Assembly: GCA_964035545.1 (NCBI GenBank) | Contig: OZ037767.1 | Span: 7,084,707 to 7,148,706, forward strand | DNA length: 64,000 nt | DNA from: Bugula neritina | Lineage: Eukaryota; Animalia; Bryozoa | Direction: 5' to 3' | Shown: one piece after another, positions 12,101 to 43,300 of the stretch | Layout: every line of letters starts with the position of its first letter | How positions within the stretch are numbered: the stretch's first letter is position 1 | Translations under genes and position numbers: made by a program | The notes under the pieces: generated by a model | Databases searched by the model: none | What the model saw: the letters and a program-made list of their open reading frames with translations, nothing else | Told to the model about the DNA's origin: nothing

Positions 12101-14191
12101 CAAATCTAGTTAAAGCTTGTTACCTTCAGTAGTACTAAAATTAATGGTAATGACAACCAAAGACGTTGCAAAAAGTTATCATTTAAACTTTACATGCAGA
12201 AGAGAGAAAATGGCTTGCTCATCATGACACTTGTCATAAATTTGTGACTCTCAGTCAAAAAACTTTTATGCAATGTATTTCGACACAAAAAGCCAACCAG
12301 CATCACCCCCAACCAAATCACCGTGCAAAAATTATTTTCTTGAATGAAACTACTAGAATCATAATAAAATGTTTGCTAAAACCAACACCAAAATGCTGAC
12401 TCAATTCCTATGTTCACGTTGAGAATATGAAGTTTTAGTATTACTATTTATATTATTTCCATATCACTCTATCTAAAGCAAGCTATGTTTGTGTAAGTTC
12501 ACTAATTGTTTTTTCCAAATTTGTAAAGAGAGCCTTATGGAACATCAGGTATTAAAATAACAACAATACTAAGACCATCGACTCAATTTATTTAGAGTTT
12601 AGACCAAGTACAAGCATGACGGTGCACTCAATATTGTACTTACAGATGATATCAGCACTTTGCCATTTGGCAGCAATGTCATATCTTCAGATCCATAGGT
12701 ACCTGACGAAACAAAACAAAGCAAACTAGAATACACATAGATGTCAAAATATTTCATAGTTTTTTTTTACACAACAATTATTAGTCAATAATTTCCTTAA
12801 ATATTATTTTTTTACAAAAGAAACTGACACAGAATAACATCATACTAAATCTTTCGCCTCTAATAGACCCTTTCTACAAAATCCCATGATTCAATTTTTA
12901 AGAGTTGTGTCCCCCATGACAATACATCTCTAAAGAGAGCAACCTCATCAGAGTAACAGTTAACTGTCAATAAAATTCAAACTAAGCTATAAAATTGTTT
13001 TCCTGTGTACACTTTTGTTGCATTGCTCATACCTGACATTCATATATCAATGTATGATATTCTTCGTTGTCTGATTGGGTTGGTAACAGAAAAAATTTGT
13101 TATTCAGCATTGCTCAATAACCAGCAAAAAACCATACACAAAATTTCTCAAATTTACAATGAAGAAACTTTTACACAATCCATCAAAATGCAATGCACAT
13201 CACTACTGAAAATTCATTTCCTAGAAAAACACTTGCATTGCATAGTTTGGTTGTTACGCAATAGGTGAACTTCGAAAGTTCTGATGAGCATACTCTTGAT
13301 AACTAGGTTAAAGGAAATACCATCACAGGAGAAACAACTCAAACTTTAAAAACTAGTAAAATAGAAAATGTGAAACTGGGCTACTGCAGAGTAATGTAGA
13401 CACAAAGCAGCATTGCCTAGAGCATGTTTGTTACTTACTGAATCCACTCACTACTTGGCAATCTCCAGGGTAATGTTTCAGCAGTGAATTTCCCCATCCT
13501 TGAACAATATAACTGCAGATACCATAAAAAGAAACATGACATATAAAGTCGGACGGTATAAATCAGTACAAACCAAATGGCAATGTTTAATGATACTTCC
13601 TTTGGTTTCTGCAAAAACATATGTAAAAAATAACATTTATCTAAGCAACTAACATAACACTAAGTATAACCATAACAAATTTAAATTTTTCGAAAAATAC
13701 TTAGAATTACCATTTTTAGTGATACTGACTAATTCTACTTCTAGTCAGAGTCTAACCACTGATTTTAATTTTTAATACCTACTAATAGTATCAGTAATAC
13801 TAACTACTGAGTCCGATCTGCTTAGTCTGATAAGTAGGCTAATAGGAATACTAATAAGTAAAGCTATCAACTAATGAGTAACTGTAAGTAAGCTTATGCC
13901 ATTACATTTACTAAAATAAAAAATTCAAATAAAATACAAAAAGTAATACTTGTAATCATTACAGTTCTTCACCACTAACTATTCATGAGTCATGAGTGAT
14001 TTAAGCTACAGGCTGTTTTTAGAACTATAACTGTTACAATATTAATAAGTATAACAAACAATAACTACAATCTGTAACACTAACAGTATAACAGTCGATC
14101 ATTATATTTATTATACTTACAAAAACCGTGAGAAATGTTGAATCAACACTGTTAACAGAGTCAACAGCAAAACTTTTAGATAAAAATTCAT
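9155..14191 (-). CDS. PON: Paraoxonase/arylesterase-like gene A, complete, 9 exons, 363 aa
   Basis: Exons 14121-14191, 13439-13512, 12644-12702, 11641-11815, 11038-11155, 10585-10788, 10183-10258, 9555-9692, 9155-9331 (sum 1092 nt, phases consistent). N-terminal signal/anchor; motifs GSEDMTLLPNGKVLISSG, FEPHGI, FYVTN, ANGI, VDNL, LWVGC, KLLIGS, VCD match PON-family six-bladed propellers. Confidence 0.92.
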
Positions 14192-16426
14192 TGCAACTTC
14201 AACTTGAATTATTATAAAAACTGCTATAGATATTATATTTAATGTTAAACTTGAAATTAATGCATTAGTAGCCCATTAAATCTGTCTAAAAAGTAGCGTT
14301 TTTAAACCAGCAGTATGGGTTGCAGAAATTTGGAGTTCAAGATTGATCCTACAAGTACAACAAACAATTTCAAGTTTCAGACTTCCACTTTCTATCAATT
14401 TGAATTTGTCAGGAAAATGAATGACCACAACGATGTGAAATTTTTCGAGATATTTATCTATTATATTTGTTAGAGCTAATCTATCCACTCAAATTTATAA
14501 CTTTCATTGAAATGAGTAGATATGCTACTTGAATCAAAATAATTTTTATGTACCAACACCTGATGCTCAGTAACGGTGATTGTGGTACCGCAAAATAAAT
14601 GTAATAAGATAACGGGCTTTCCCTACAACATGATATTAGCCTAAAGTCACGCCCACTGTTTTCCCAGGTCCCAACTGGGCGGGTTTTTATATTTATAGAG
14701 TTGTCTTCTATGGCTTTGTCATAATAATCTTCTTGGGGCTGTTATCCAAACTATGTATTGGTTACTAGACGAAGAGAAAATACAACTACCAAATAAGTTC
14801 ATATTTAGCTCCTGTAGTATTGTTGTAGTTTCGTACTCGAATAATTACTGCATATTCATCGTGAAGTTATGTGAAGAACCGAACCAGTTGATGTTTAATG
14901 AGAGAACTGTATTAGTATTTCAATTATGCACGCTCAAAAATCAGTATAAGAATAAAGAGAAACGAGTACAATAGCTGAAACAATTACATACAGTCAACCT
15001 AGTTATCTACTACTATTTTCTAAGACTGTCGTGGGCGCCGGAAGGCATTGCTTATATATACAGAGTCGATCTTGATTGGATGACACAAGACTCCGGCGGT
15101 GTCATCCATAGTTACTAATAGGGCACCGCATAGGCATATGGCAACGGCTTGCGGAGTTGTCGTCCTTGACGTAAGTTTCATCATAATCTATAATCATGTT
15201 TAGCAGGGAACAGAGAGGGGTATACTTTCCCTAACCATTACACAACTACTGCAAACATAGAATACCCGGTAGTATCACATAATTCACACTAATTATCTAG
15301 TAAAACTTACAAAATGGTTATAATTATTATACGAAGGGTTATAAAAAGTTATTGAAGATGAAAAAAAATTATAGAAATTGAACTATTAGTAACATGATCG
15401 TATAAAAATATTTTTTATGAATATATGGAATGTATATATTTTGTATTATATATAATTGTATATACTAATATATCAATGTATAAAATTACATCAATTAGAT
15501 TAATAATATAACTCATTAAGATCTGCCGGAGAGGTAATTCACATCACAGACCACCATCTTGTCAACAACTGAACCAATCAGAAGCTTCCTATTAGTATAG
15601 ATGCCTACAGTAGATGCCTGAATAAGTGACGTATCATCAACAAATACAGATTCTACTTCAGCCACTCCAGTTGGGTCCTTCACTCTGATCACCTAAAATG
15701 TTTACAATTAGAAAATAATTTAACGCCATATAAAACTTGAGCTTGATGATTGAAAAAATTGCTTGTATATAACTTAAAAAAAACAATTCAACATCATATA
15801 AAATGCATAAAGTTATATAAACCAGTCAAGGAGCAGTCAATAATTAGCTGAACATTAAAGCTGCCCATCAAAATGGAAAGCTCTAGAGCCAATGGAAAGC
15901 ATTAAATGCATACACAAAATAGTTACACACTACCCTAACAGGACAAAGTGGATACTGGATAGAGGTGAGAAAGAGTAAAATAGTGAATGATTTTAAGCAA
16001 TTATGCAACAAATGATTAAAACAATGACAGTTTGCAGAGAAACTACTTCATTCAAATTAAGCAAAAATTGGTGTGAGCAAACTGTTGCTATTCAGCTTCA
16101 TGCTTTCAGTTTTGGGTTTGAAAAAATCATTCAAGAGAAAACAACTACCAAGTTATTAGATAGACTGGAAACTACATGGGAATACTACACACCTACAACC
16201 TTACATGTAAAGAAAGTGTCGCTTCAGCTTGTTCTTATCATCAATTTAGAGTAGAACATGAAATATCACTAGAGGTGACTAGCTGTACTTACGGTGGAGT
16301 GACAGCCATGTCTGTCCGGGTAATCCAAGTACTCCATTGTCTCTTCTAGAATATTCTGACATCCTAGCCATAGATCTCCAAACTCATCCATCTTTACATT
16401 ATCCAGATTCCCAATGGTGATTGGGA

Positions 16427-16537
16427 TACTCTACCAATAATATAATCATAGACATCAGTAACCTAATACTCTATCAATAATATACCCATAGACATCAGTA
16501 ACTTAACACTATACCAATAATATACCCATAGACATCC
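16427..16537. repeat. ~40-bp tandem repeat x3 duplicating the 3' splice site of PON-B exon 8
   Basis: Unit tactctaccaataatataatcatagacatcagtaacctaa; paralogous array at 43626..43735 in PON-C. Confidence 0.85.
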
Positions 16538-16648
16538 ACAACTGCAGTGAAGAGGTACCTTCGTTGCAATTTTTTTTTGTTATATTCTGCTATAAGATTT
16601 ATCAAATGTGCTACAGGTAAAACTTTGAAACATTATAGCATTGCAGAC

Positions 16649-16727
16649 TATCCTACATTGAAATATATATCATACATTGAAATATATATCCTACATTGAA
16701 ATTCATATCATACATTGAAATTCATAC
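16649..16727. repeat. ~19-21-bp minisatellite x4 (tatcctacattgaaatatata)
   Basis: Directly visible; a single unit at the paralogous position in PON-C (~43804). Confidence 0.8.
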
Positions 16728-17377
16728 CAACCGAGATTGTTTTATCTTTAACCAGTTCACAACATCGTTGCCATGATGTCAAAAAGAGATAATGTTAGAG
16801 GAAACAGCAAATGATTATTTCAAGCTCATTGTAAGTTCAGTGGTGCTTCAGTCAATCATTCTCACTAGAGCAATGAAAGAGACAAGTTTAAAAACTGCAA
16901 TAAAAACTTCCTAAAATACGAGGCTGTTTACCTTGTAATATTGAAGAGTGTTGTCATTTCTCTTAGTAAACACCTTAACAGCTCCTTTTGTGTTAACATA
17001 GACAAATCTAAAAAAAAATTCATCTCATAAGAAGAAGGAAACATAAATACCGTGACTTCAAATCACACTCTCAATTGTGAACATGAGCAACATGAGCAAA
17101 CATGCTACAAACCACTTTTCCAGTGATGGCAATTCTTATCCGATAGAAACTTATAAGTTCTGTTAATAACCAAGATTGATTACATGGATACAAAAAAATA
17201 ATTTACACAACCTTTATTATTTGTAACAAAAAGTTTTCTGGAAAAAACATGTCTTAATCACTTACAGACGAAATAAAGCATATAGAAAAATTAATGGTTT
17301 CAATAAACATTACATTGGGATGTTATCACATTTTCTAATATGAATTATTTTAAATTGCACTGTGTCATAATTTTGGT

Positions 17378-17531
<154 letters not shown>

Positions 17532-19122
17532 GCCTAAAACATATTCCACATTTTCAAGTCAAACTGTAGTTAAACAAGTATATCTTCACATAATTGTATC
17601 CAACACACACCTGTCATCACCTGTCACACCATTGGGAAGCAGAAGACCATCTGCAGCCACAGTATACTTGTTGTCATTCACATAAAGTACATTTGAAGTT
17701 TTAAATCCAAACAGAAGGAGCTCTATATTAGTGGAGAGTCTGTCTCCAAACCTTGCCTGCACCGTGTTGGTGAGATAGAAGCTGTCGTCCCCAGTCAGAG
17801 AGACACTGTTGAGACTACAAATAAGTAAGCCTAATGTAGATTTCATTAAGATGGGCTAAAGAGTTGTTATCTCTATGTAATCATTTTCATTTTTCTATTA
17901 CAAGGTTTTACTATCTGCTTTTGTTGACAAGTTGGAAAATAAATTGCTCAACAACTAGCAGATATTAAAATAAACTCAATACATTAGAAGCAGGGCAAGC
18001 AATAACTATAATTCTAAGATATTTAGATACTTGAAGCTTACACCTACATTACCTTGTATTCCTAATGATTAAGATAACTTTACTGGATGCATTTACAATG
18101 CCGAATTGATATTTAATACGCACATCGCGTCACATTCTTAACCATGAAGATCGTTTTAATCATTTATTTTCTTGAAAACCTACAAGAAGCTGCAAAAACA
18201 GATTTATAATAGATATGATGATCAGTGAAAGCGTCACTATAGAAAAATAATGTATAGAATTTAGAGAATGCTGTGGGGAAAGATGCCATTAGATGTAAAA
18301 TATAGTAGATGAAAACTTGTTCCCACCTGACATACTAGAAATTTACTATTACTCATGGTTTAGTAATCATTTACATCACAGATCACAGTGTATGGCACAG
18401 CGCAGCCATAGTAGTGGTCTTTAAATTTCTAAATCAATTAAATAAAGAATGTTTTTCGTCTACCCATATTTTATTCCCAAATGTGGCCATTGTTAGTTAG
18501 TTAGGGACAAATTGACAGCCAATTTAGGTTTTGAAGATAGTTTAATAGCAGCATAACAAAAATTGAAATGTTTTTAAGAACTTTTACTATAATATAACAG
18601 AAACTCATACCTTCTCATATGTTCATAGTCCTGGTAGAGCTTTGTAAGGGTTAGAGAACTTTTACCATCATAAAGAAATCTCCCAACAGCCTCCGGCATA
18701 TGAAAGACAATGAAGACTGAAACCGAGTCTAAAATAAAGAAATTGATCAGTAATCACTAAGAAAAAACTGAAATGTAAATTTTCTATGTTTGAAATACAA
18801 ATAATATTAAAACGAAGTTCCCAGTAAAATGATTTAATAAATCTACTAACTATTCTTGTGCACCCAGTGGCTAAGTCCATGTGGCTCAAAATTCCTGTCT
18901 GCAGGCCAACCAACAATATTTAACTTTTCTACAGATTTAAAACTTTTTTTGGTGTCCATCATGTAGATTGCTCCCTTCACTAAATCTGTTGAGTCGTCAA
19001 CACCTTGGCTAAACCATTTGAGACCCTAAAATACAAATGATAGATCTATGCCATAGAACTTTCTACAAACTTGGTATAAATGTTGTCAAAATAGTAATCC
19101 CTGACACATTATATTTAGTGTA

Positions 19123-19547
19123 GGGCCACACGACGCTTTTTACACGAGCGTTACGTGCAAGAAATCCCATTTAGCCCAAAAATTGGACGTTGCGTACAGA
19201 TTTTCAAGCGTCCAACATGCTGAGTGAGAAGTGCAACATGCTCGTGCGTGTTTGATCTAATTGGCTTATTACCATGTAATATTTAGCGAGCACATTTTTT
19301 TATTTTAATTTACGATTTAACTTCTAGCGAGTTGAATTAAAACAGTTTTATATAGTTTGCATTTCGGCTTTTATAATATCCAAATCACTTTGCCGATGAC
19401 ATAGTTTAAAAACAAACGTCTGTAGGCGAGCAGTAAAGTTTAATGCTAACATCATTGGCTAATAAATTTTTTGCACTCGCAACACACGCCTTGTGTGTGG
19501 CAGGTCACTAGCGTGGATTCTCGCACGTCACGCTCGTGTAAAATGCG
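19123..19547. mobile_element. MITE with GGGCCACAC terminus, right TIR truncated
   Basis: Left arm gggccacacgacgctttttacacgagcgttacgtgcaagaaatcc pairs with ggattctcgcacgtcacgctcgtgtaaaatgcg (19515-19547); the last ~11 nt of the right TIR are missing. Same terminus as the MITE at 30444. Confidence 0.8.
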
Positions 19548-19633
19548 CAACATCTTTATTGTAATCACCTACCTATATATATGGAAATTATAAATTTTAT
19601 TGTAACAAAACAAACTGCATGCTAGTAATTCAC

Positions 19634-20832
19634 CTTACTATGCAATATTATAGCTGTAGCTTGACTGTCATATGTACACATAGATGTCATCTTGTAAAGA
19701 AGAGCACAAAATGTTGCAAAAAACAATTAGGTTGACTTACATGTTAAAAAGACTATACTTTCGCATCTATATATTATTACATTATTTTAGTTATAAAATA
19801 ATAGATCTATATTAACCTGTTGTCATGTCTGTGATATGCAATAAATCAATCAATCAATAGAGAATGTTTTACATTATCTTCCCAGCACTGGCGATATAGA
19901 CCAGAAAAATAATTTGTCTGCAGAAATTCACAATATTATAACATTGCATCATATTTTATTTGAGAAAGAATGAATATAAGTATTTAATTAAACCTATATA
20001 TATTATATTGGTAAGAAATTATTACCTTGAAAGGAAAAGCAGCCATTCCAGCAGTTGCCGCTGTTTCATTGACATATTGTGACACATTATCTACACTAAA
20101 AATAATATGTTTATACAATGATATATTATTATGTTATTACAACTTGACGTTTTATGGCTCACTTTAATATTCAAAATATAACTTTAGGTAGAAACTCACA
20201 CCTCAATCTACTTGCATCCATGGTATTGTTAGAATTGGAAAAGCTTAGTAATATTTAGTACTTGCTCACACAAAAATTATGCAAGAAAACTGTCACTAAA
20301 AGGAAGTTCACAGCACTTTGGTAATTGATATTGATTTAATAACTGTAGGCAGTAGAAACTATTAGGAAGAGAGAGGATAACCACTACATTGTGTCATATT
20401 ACAAACTTGTTACATCTGTATAATGACAATATTGGTTTTGAATTTTAAAATTGCACACACACATGCGCATGCGCATGAATCACGTGTGTGTGTGTGTGTG
20501 CGCGCGCGCACACACACACATCATATTCATTTATTGGAAGTATTTATGGTGTACATGTGCTACTAGAAAGAGCTCGATTTATTCAAGTATTTCACAAAAA
20601 TTTAGTCAATATGACATATTATCAAACACCTAGTTGTTACTAATAGTTTCATGTAACAAATAAAGACTATTTAGGTAAAATGTTATAATATCCATCTATT
20701 ATATATGTATATAGCTGTAAAACGCAGATTCATATCTATAAACCTGCTATTGACTACAATATTGTGCCACTGTTACATGCAGTACATACCCACATCTGTA
20801 TACCCCAACGCTGTATAGAACTATGTCAAAGG
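19634..20832 (-). other. Putative orphan micro-exons, possibly a claudin/PMP22-like first extracellular loop
   Basis: AG/GT-bounded, phase-compatible segments 20790-20832, 20202-20243, 20026-20095, 19873-19917, 19634-19690 give FDIVLYSVGVYRCGFSNSNNTMDASRLSVDNVSQYVNETAATAGMAAFPFKTNYFSGLYRQCWEDNMTSMCTYDSQATAIILHSK. No start exon found; another candidate exon (19741-19766) does not fit the frame. Confidence 0.3.
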
Positions 20833-21408
20833 CTAAAGATAAATTCTGAAAAATAATATTATAACAAACTACAAAGTAGAAACGATATAACTACTGTATA
20901 TTATCTTAGCTGCATAGTGTAAAGAAAAAAGTAACAGGCTCATAGTGAGATTGGAATAATTTGACCACACCAAAAATAATTTTAAAAAATTGGCAACAAT
21001 TGTAAATGAATATGTGCAATAACTAAATTAATTCAACATCCACCTTTTCTTTGTTATTTACAACAGGAACTCATTTGAATTGGATTTAACCTAATAGAAA
21101 GGCATGAAAATTTGACGGTTTCATGCAAGAATACCATTTCCCACCCAATTTTTCTAAAATGCAAAGCTAAAAGCAGGGTAAAGAAATTAGACTTGGTGTT
21201 TGCATAATATTTTCTTATACTGACAAAAATAACTTTTGAGTAGATAAACCCTTGCTATTCACATTATCAAAAAGAGAGATCCCTCACTATTATACCATTA
21301 GTACTAACTCAATCCATACTCAATAAATAAAACATATGGTAGAAGGTGCAGTGTTATATAATCACTATGCCCGGTACTCCTGTAACCATGATATAAGGTA
21401 ACTTAATA

Positions 21409-22700
21409 GGGGTGACTGGGGCACATCCGGGCAATTTGTGAGAGAAGTTATTGACTTAGAGTTGTGATTTTTTTCTTTAACAAAAAAGAAATCACATAAT
21501 TATTCCACCATTGTATTTTCAGCACTTGCAGAACCTGCATGTTGAAGGGGTGAGTTAAAATCTGTTATTACCTACCTATTGTAAATTTTTTAAGATGTTA
21601 TTAAAGCTTTATAACTTTTTATACTCAAAGGTAACAAGCCCAGTTTTTCCTGATATTGTTGCCATTGCTTGTCCCTGCCTTGCCTAACTACGTAGTATAA
21701 TTACAAATTCTAAGATGTGTCAACATCGACGGTTGTGGCAGCCACTATACTACCCCTGAATGAATTCATCCCTTCTCCAAAGCAAGTCCTAGAAAAAAAA
21801 TTCAGCACTACAAGAGTCATTCTACCTCCATTCTGACTGACATCCCAGTAAAGCAAAGACTCGTGAATGTAGCAGAAAAAAAAACATTGCAAATAAAAAC
21901 GAAAGCTTTCAAAAATGGAAAGGTGGGCCCATAATAAATTAACTAGCTGACAAAATTGTGTAAAAGCATGAAGCAAGTTATTTACTTTTATGCTCTTTGT
22001 AATAGCCAGTGTGAAATATGACTGTGGTATGCTTATGATGGGAATTTTCTTATTGCAGGCAAAGGCAAAGCAAAAACTTTCAGAGCAGTTTAGCAATGAA
22101 ATTGATGAAAAGGTGCATTATCAGCTTGCAAAGTCACATGGGACAGACAGTGATGATTGCATAACCAAAAATGGAAACAATTATTTCCTAGATGAGATTC
22201 CCATAAGTGCTTCCAGTTTAAAGGCTGGAGATTGCATCTTAGCTGCAGTTCATAGAAAGAAGTCCACTTGAAATTTTGTAGCTCATGTTACTAAAGCTTT
22301 TTCTGATGAATATTCTTGAGAAAGATAATTTATGCTCAAAAATAGAAAAAATATTTCAGTCCTAAACAGTAATGATAATCGCACCGTAGAAATGAGTGAT
22401 GCGCGTTTGATTTTGCCTCCCCCTGCTATCCGTAGTGGCACAACTTGTACAGCGAAAACATAAATTTTGCTGTAGATCTGAAAGAGAATTTTATTTACTT
22501 GTGTATATTGTAATGACTGTGGGAAGTCTTGTTCCCCAACCACTTGTCACTAACAATTGTAGTAGAAGACGCAGTGTATTATATATTATAATTATAAAGT
22601 TCCAAGAGATGATAACTCTACCTACTGCGCCTAGGCCCACATTGTGAAAAATAATAATACATCTATAAAATGTGTAAGCATTATATAAACAATGCTGTAG
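21409..22700 (+). mobile_element. Degenerate DNA transposon remnant (TA-GGGG terminus; decayed transposase-like reading frames)
   Basis: 21409..21712 aligns by eye with the reverse complement of 41400..41747; broken ORF pieces follow (LKAGDCILAAVHRKKST, LPPPAIRSG). Right boundary approximate. Confidence 0.55.
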
Positions 22701-22860
22701 TTTGTGGATCAAAAAAGTAAAACTCTGCTATTTTTAAAAAATATAATTTTTGAAGAATAATCATGTTTTGTAAGGTGAAATATATAGTCTCAGTATACTA
22801 AGCACAAACTTAAATACATTCAGCAATTCAAAGTCAACTGAGAAGAGAAACATGAAACAT

Positions 22861-39996
<17,136 letters not shown>

Positions 39997-40559
39997 TCTC
40001 CCATCTGTACTCTATTAACATTCAGTGTAAAATAAACTAACTGAGAAAGAAGTAGAAGGAAGTTAGTCTGTAATAATTTATTACATAAATAGAAAAAGTA
40101 AAGAAACATTGTTATCTTTCAAGCATTCATTTACCAAACAAGCTGAACTTATTTATGAAAAGTATGTGATAAAATAATGGCATCATGGTTGAGTAAATAT
40201 TGAAGCTATATACATATAAGTTTTATCAAAAGTTGTTAAACAGGCCTGCTACTATATACATATATACAGTTGAAATACTAAACTTTAATCTAGTGTTTGA
40301 AGGTTAGAAAAGTTTTCCTGGTAATAAGATTAACTTTTCTCGTCAGCGAAAGATAACCATCTCTATTTTTCACATGTTCAGTTGGCATCAAAGCGTGAAA
40401 TTCAACATTTGACTGGGGGGGGGGGGACAACAGATTGAATTTTGCATTTGTTGCTCTCACTCGTCTGTTTTCCAAGTTACTAGTTTAATAATCTCTAGTC
40501 TTAATGCTGCATCTGTTGTCTATTACAGGTACCAGTTTGTTTCTATCTCTATCACAACT

Positions 40560-41747
40560 TTCAGAATGATGAAATTTTCATGACGAAAAAATTGGCCCAT
40601 TGTACCCTAGTACCGGAGACAATGGGCCACTGGGTGGGACTCAACAAATATATTAACACTTTGCATATTTTGTTACATTTGATTTTTATTTATTTAATAT
40701 TACAAATAAATGAAGATACTCTCTCAGATCTACAGCAAAATTCATGTTTTAGCTGTAAAGTTTGTGCCATTACGGATAGCATAGGAAGACAAAATCAAAC
40801 GCACATCACTCGGTTCTACAGTGCCACTATCATTACTGTTTAGAACTAAAAATGTTCTTTTATTTTCACTTCAGAGAAAGTTTTATCAAAAAACAATTTA
40901 GTACCCAACATGTACTACAAAATTCCGAGTGAACTTTTTTCTATGAACTGTAGCTAAGGTGCATGGCTGAGGTTTGTGACTAGAAGAGAGAGGGGGGAGC
41001 AAATGAGCAAATCACAATTTATTTTAGTCAAATACATGTATATTATATTCCCCCAATGGTGTAATACATAATGAATATCATGACTATCTACTAGTAGCAA
41101 CAGCAGAGTGTTTTGTATTATGTATAAAATGGCAAAGCTTTAACCTCACCAGATGTATATATTAAAGGAGCTTCATCTTGTAGTTTTGTAGTCTTACCAT
41201 GATGTCTTTGGTATTTTACAAAAAAATCAGAAATGGCTATGTCTATAGATTTTAGTAACATGTCAACCAACTTTTTGGGCAAACAAACCAATAACAGTGA
41301 TCAGGATGCAATAATCAGGTGGCCCATTGTACCCCGGTCAGTGTGGCCCATTGTGCCCCTTTTTGCCAAATTGAAAACAAATGTGCTTCATGGAAAATCT
41401 ATTTTAGAGTTTGCTGTTATACTAGTTAGGCAATGTAGAGACAAGCAATGACAACAATATTAGTAAAATATAGGACGTTTCTTGCCTTTGAGTGTAAAAA
41501 GTTATAGGCTAAAGCTTTAACAACATCCTAAAAAATTTACAAAAAGTAGGTAAAAGCAGTTTTTTACTCGCCTTTTCAACACTTATGTTCCGCAAGTGTT
41601 GAAACTACAAAAGCTGAATAATTATGTCAATATATTTTCATGAAAAGAAAATCACAACTCTAAGTCAATAAGTTCTCTCACAATTTGGCCGGCTTTTTGT
41701 ACCCCTATGACCGTTGTGCCCCCCCCTTCTCCCCCCCTTGTTACCCC
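40560..41747 (-). mobile_element. Non-autonomous DNA transposon remnant related to the 21409 element
   Basis: Terminus ...ttacccc|TA at 41747; repeated subterminal motif tggcccattgt(a/g)ccc at 40593, 41320, 41344; ~300 bp shared with 21409..21712. Left boundary approximate. Confidence 0.65.
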
Positions 41748-43300
41748 TATATATACTTAGATAATTAGTTATTATTTGTTTTGGTAGAATACATTAAAGT
41801 ATATAAAACTTTTCTATCATAAAGACCTGACAGATCATTGTGTGCACAACAGCTTCTTTATAGTCCATCTAGCAGCAATCTTTAAAAGTAAATAAAATGC
41901 AAATTAAAGTATATTATTACTGTACTTCGTGGTTACCTTATGTTACAACTTCTCTAACAACCATGCAAGCATATACTATACACAGTATATTTAGAACATT
42001 TGACATACTGGCTATAGGAAGTATGAAATGCTACCTAAAGTTAAAGATAATACCAAATGTCTGTTAAATGCTGTACATTTCTTTTTCCTAAAACTACCAC
42101 CAAGAATTGAGTGAAATGCTTCTCATGTAATAAGATAGTTTTGCATGCAAAATTTTGAGCTGCTCCATAATTTGCTTTGTATTGTTTTATGTATCTTATA
42201 TTATATATATCATATTTATATATTATATTTATTCTAGATATTATTATTTATTATTTATTTATTATATATTATTTATTCTAGAAATTGACTTATGCTTCTC
42301 ATCAATATTCACTAAGACTGGATGCAGTTTTAATTGAAACTCTAACTGTCTGAAAAGATTTGAAGTATAATATTATTGTAAAACACAACTTATAAGTTAT
42401 GACACAGTCTACAGTTATGCTCAGAAGGCATGTAAAATTGAAAACCATTAAACTTAACAAATACTGTTAACATGGAATACCCGGTGTTATCACATAATTC
42501 ACACTAATTATCTAGTAAAACTTACAAAATGGTTATAATTATTATACGAAGGGTTATAAAAAGTTATTGAAGATAAAAAAACATATACACAAATTGAACT
42601 ATTAGTAACATGATCATAAAAAGACATTTTTTATGAATATATGAAATGTATATATTTTGTATTATATATAATTGTATATAGCCTACTAATATAAAATACC
42701 AGTGTATAAACTGATAGAATTACATCAATTATATTAATATAACTCTTTAAGATCTGCCGGAGAGGTAATTGACATCACAGGCCACCATCTTGTCAACAAT
42801 TGAACCAATCAGAAGCTTCCTATCAGTATAGATGGCTACAGTAGATGCCTGAATAAGTGACATATCATCAACAAATATGAATTCTACTTCAGCCACTCCA
42901 GTTGGGTCCTTCACTCTAATCACCTAAAAGTGTTTATAATTAGCTAATAATTCAGCATCATATAAAACTTCAACTTGATGGTTGAAAAACAATTCAACAT
43001 CATATAAAATGCATAAAGTTATATAAACTAGTCAAGAAACATTCAATAAATAGCTGAAGATTAAAGCTGTCCATCAAAATGTAAAGCTGTAGAACCAATG
43101 GAAAGCATTAAATGCATACACAAAATAGTTACACACTACCCCAACAGGGCAAAGTGGATAGAGGTGAGAAAGAGTAAAATAGTGAATGATTTTAAGCAAT
43201 TATGCAACAAATGATTAAAACAATGACAGTTTGCAGAGAAACTACTTCATTCAAATTAAGCAAAAATTGGTGTGAGCAAACTATTGCTATTCAGCTTCAT
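41748..43300 (+). repeat. Segmental duplication: PON 3' flank, exon 9 and intron 8, matching 62513..64000 (and 15250 onward from ~42460)
   Basis: Near-identical collinear sequence beginning tatatacttagataa(t/c)tagttattatttgttttggtagaatac in both places. Confidence 0.93.

Noticed and set aside
16003-16254. Conserved 83-aa plus-strand ORF, repeated at 43202..43453
   Set aside because: Lies antisense in PON intron 8; similarity is explained by recent duplication, and the PON-D copy has frame-breaking indels.
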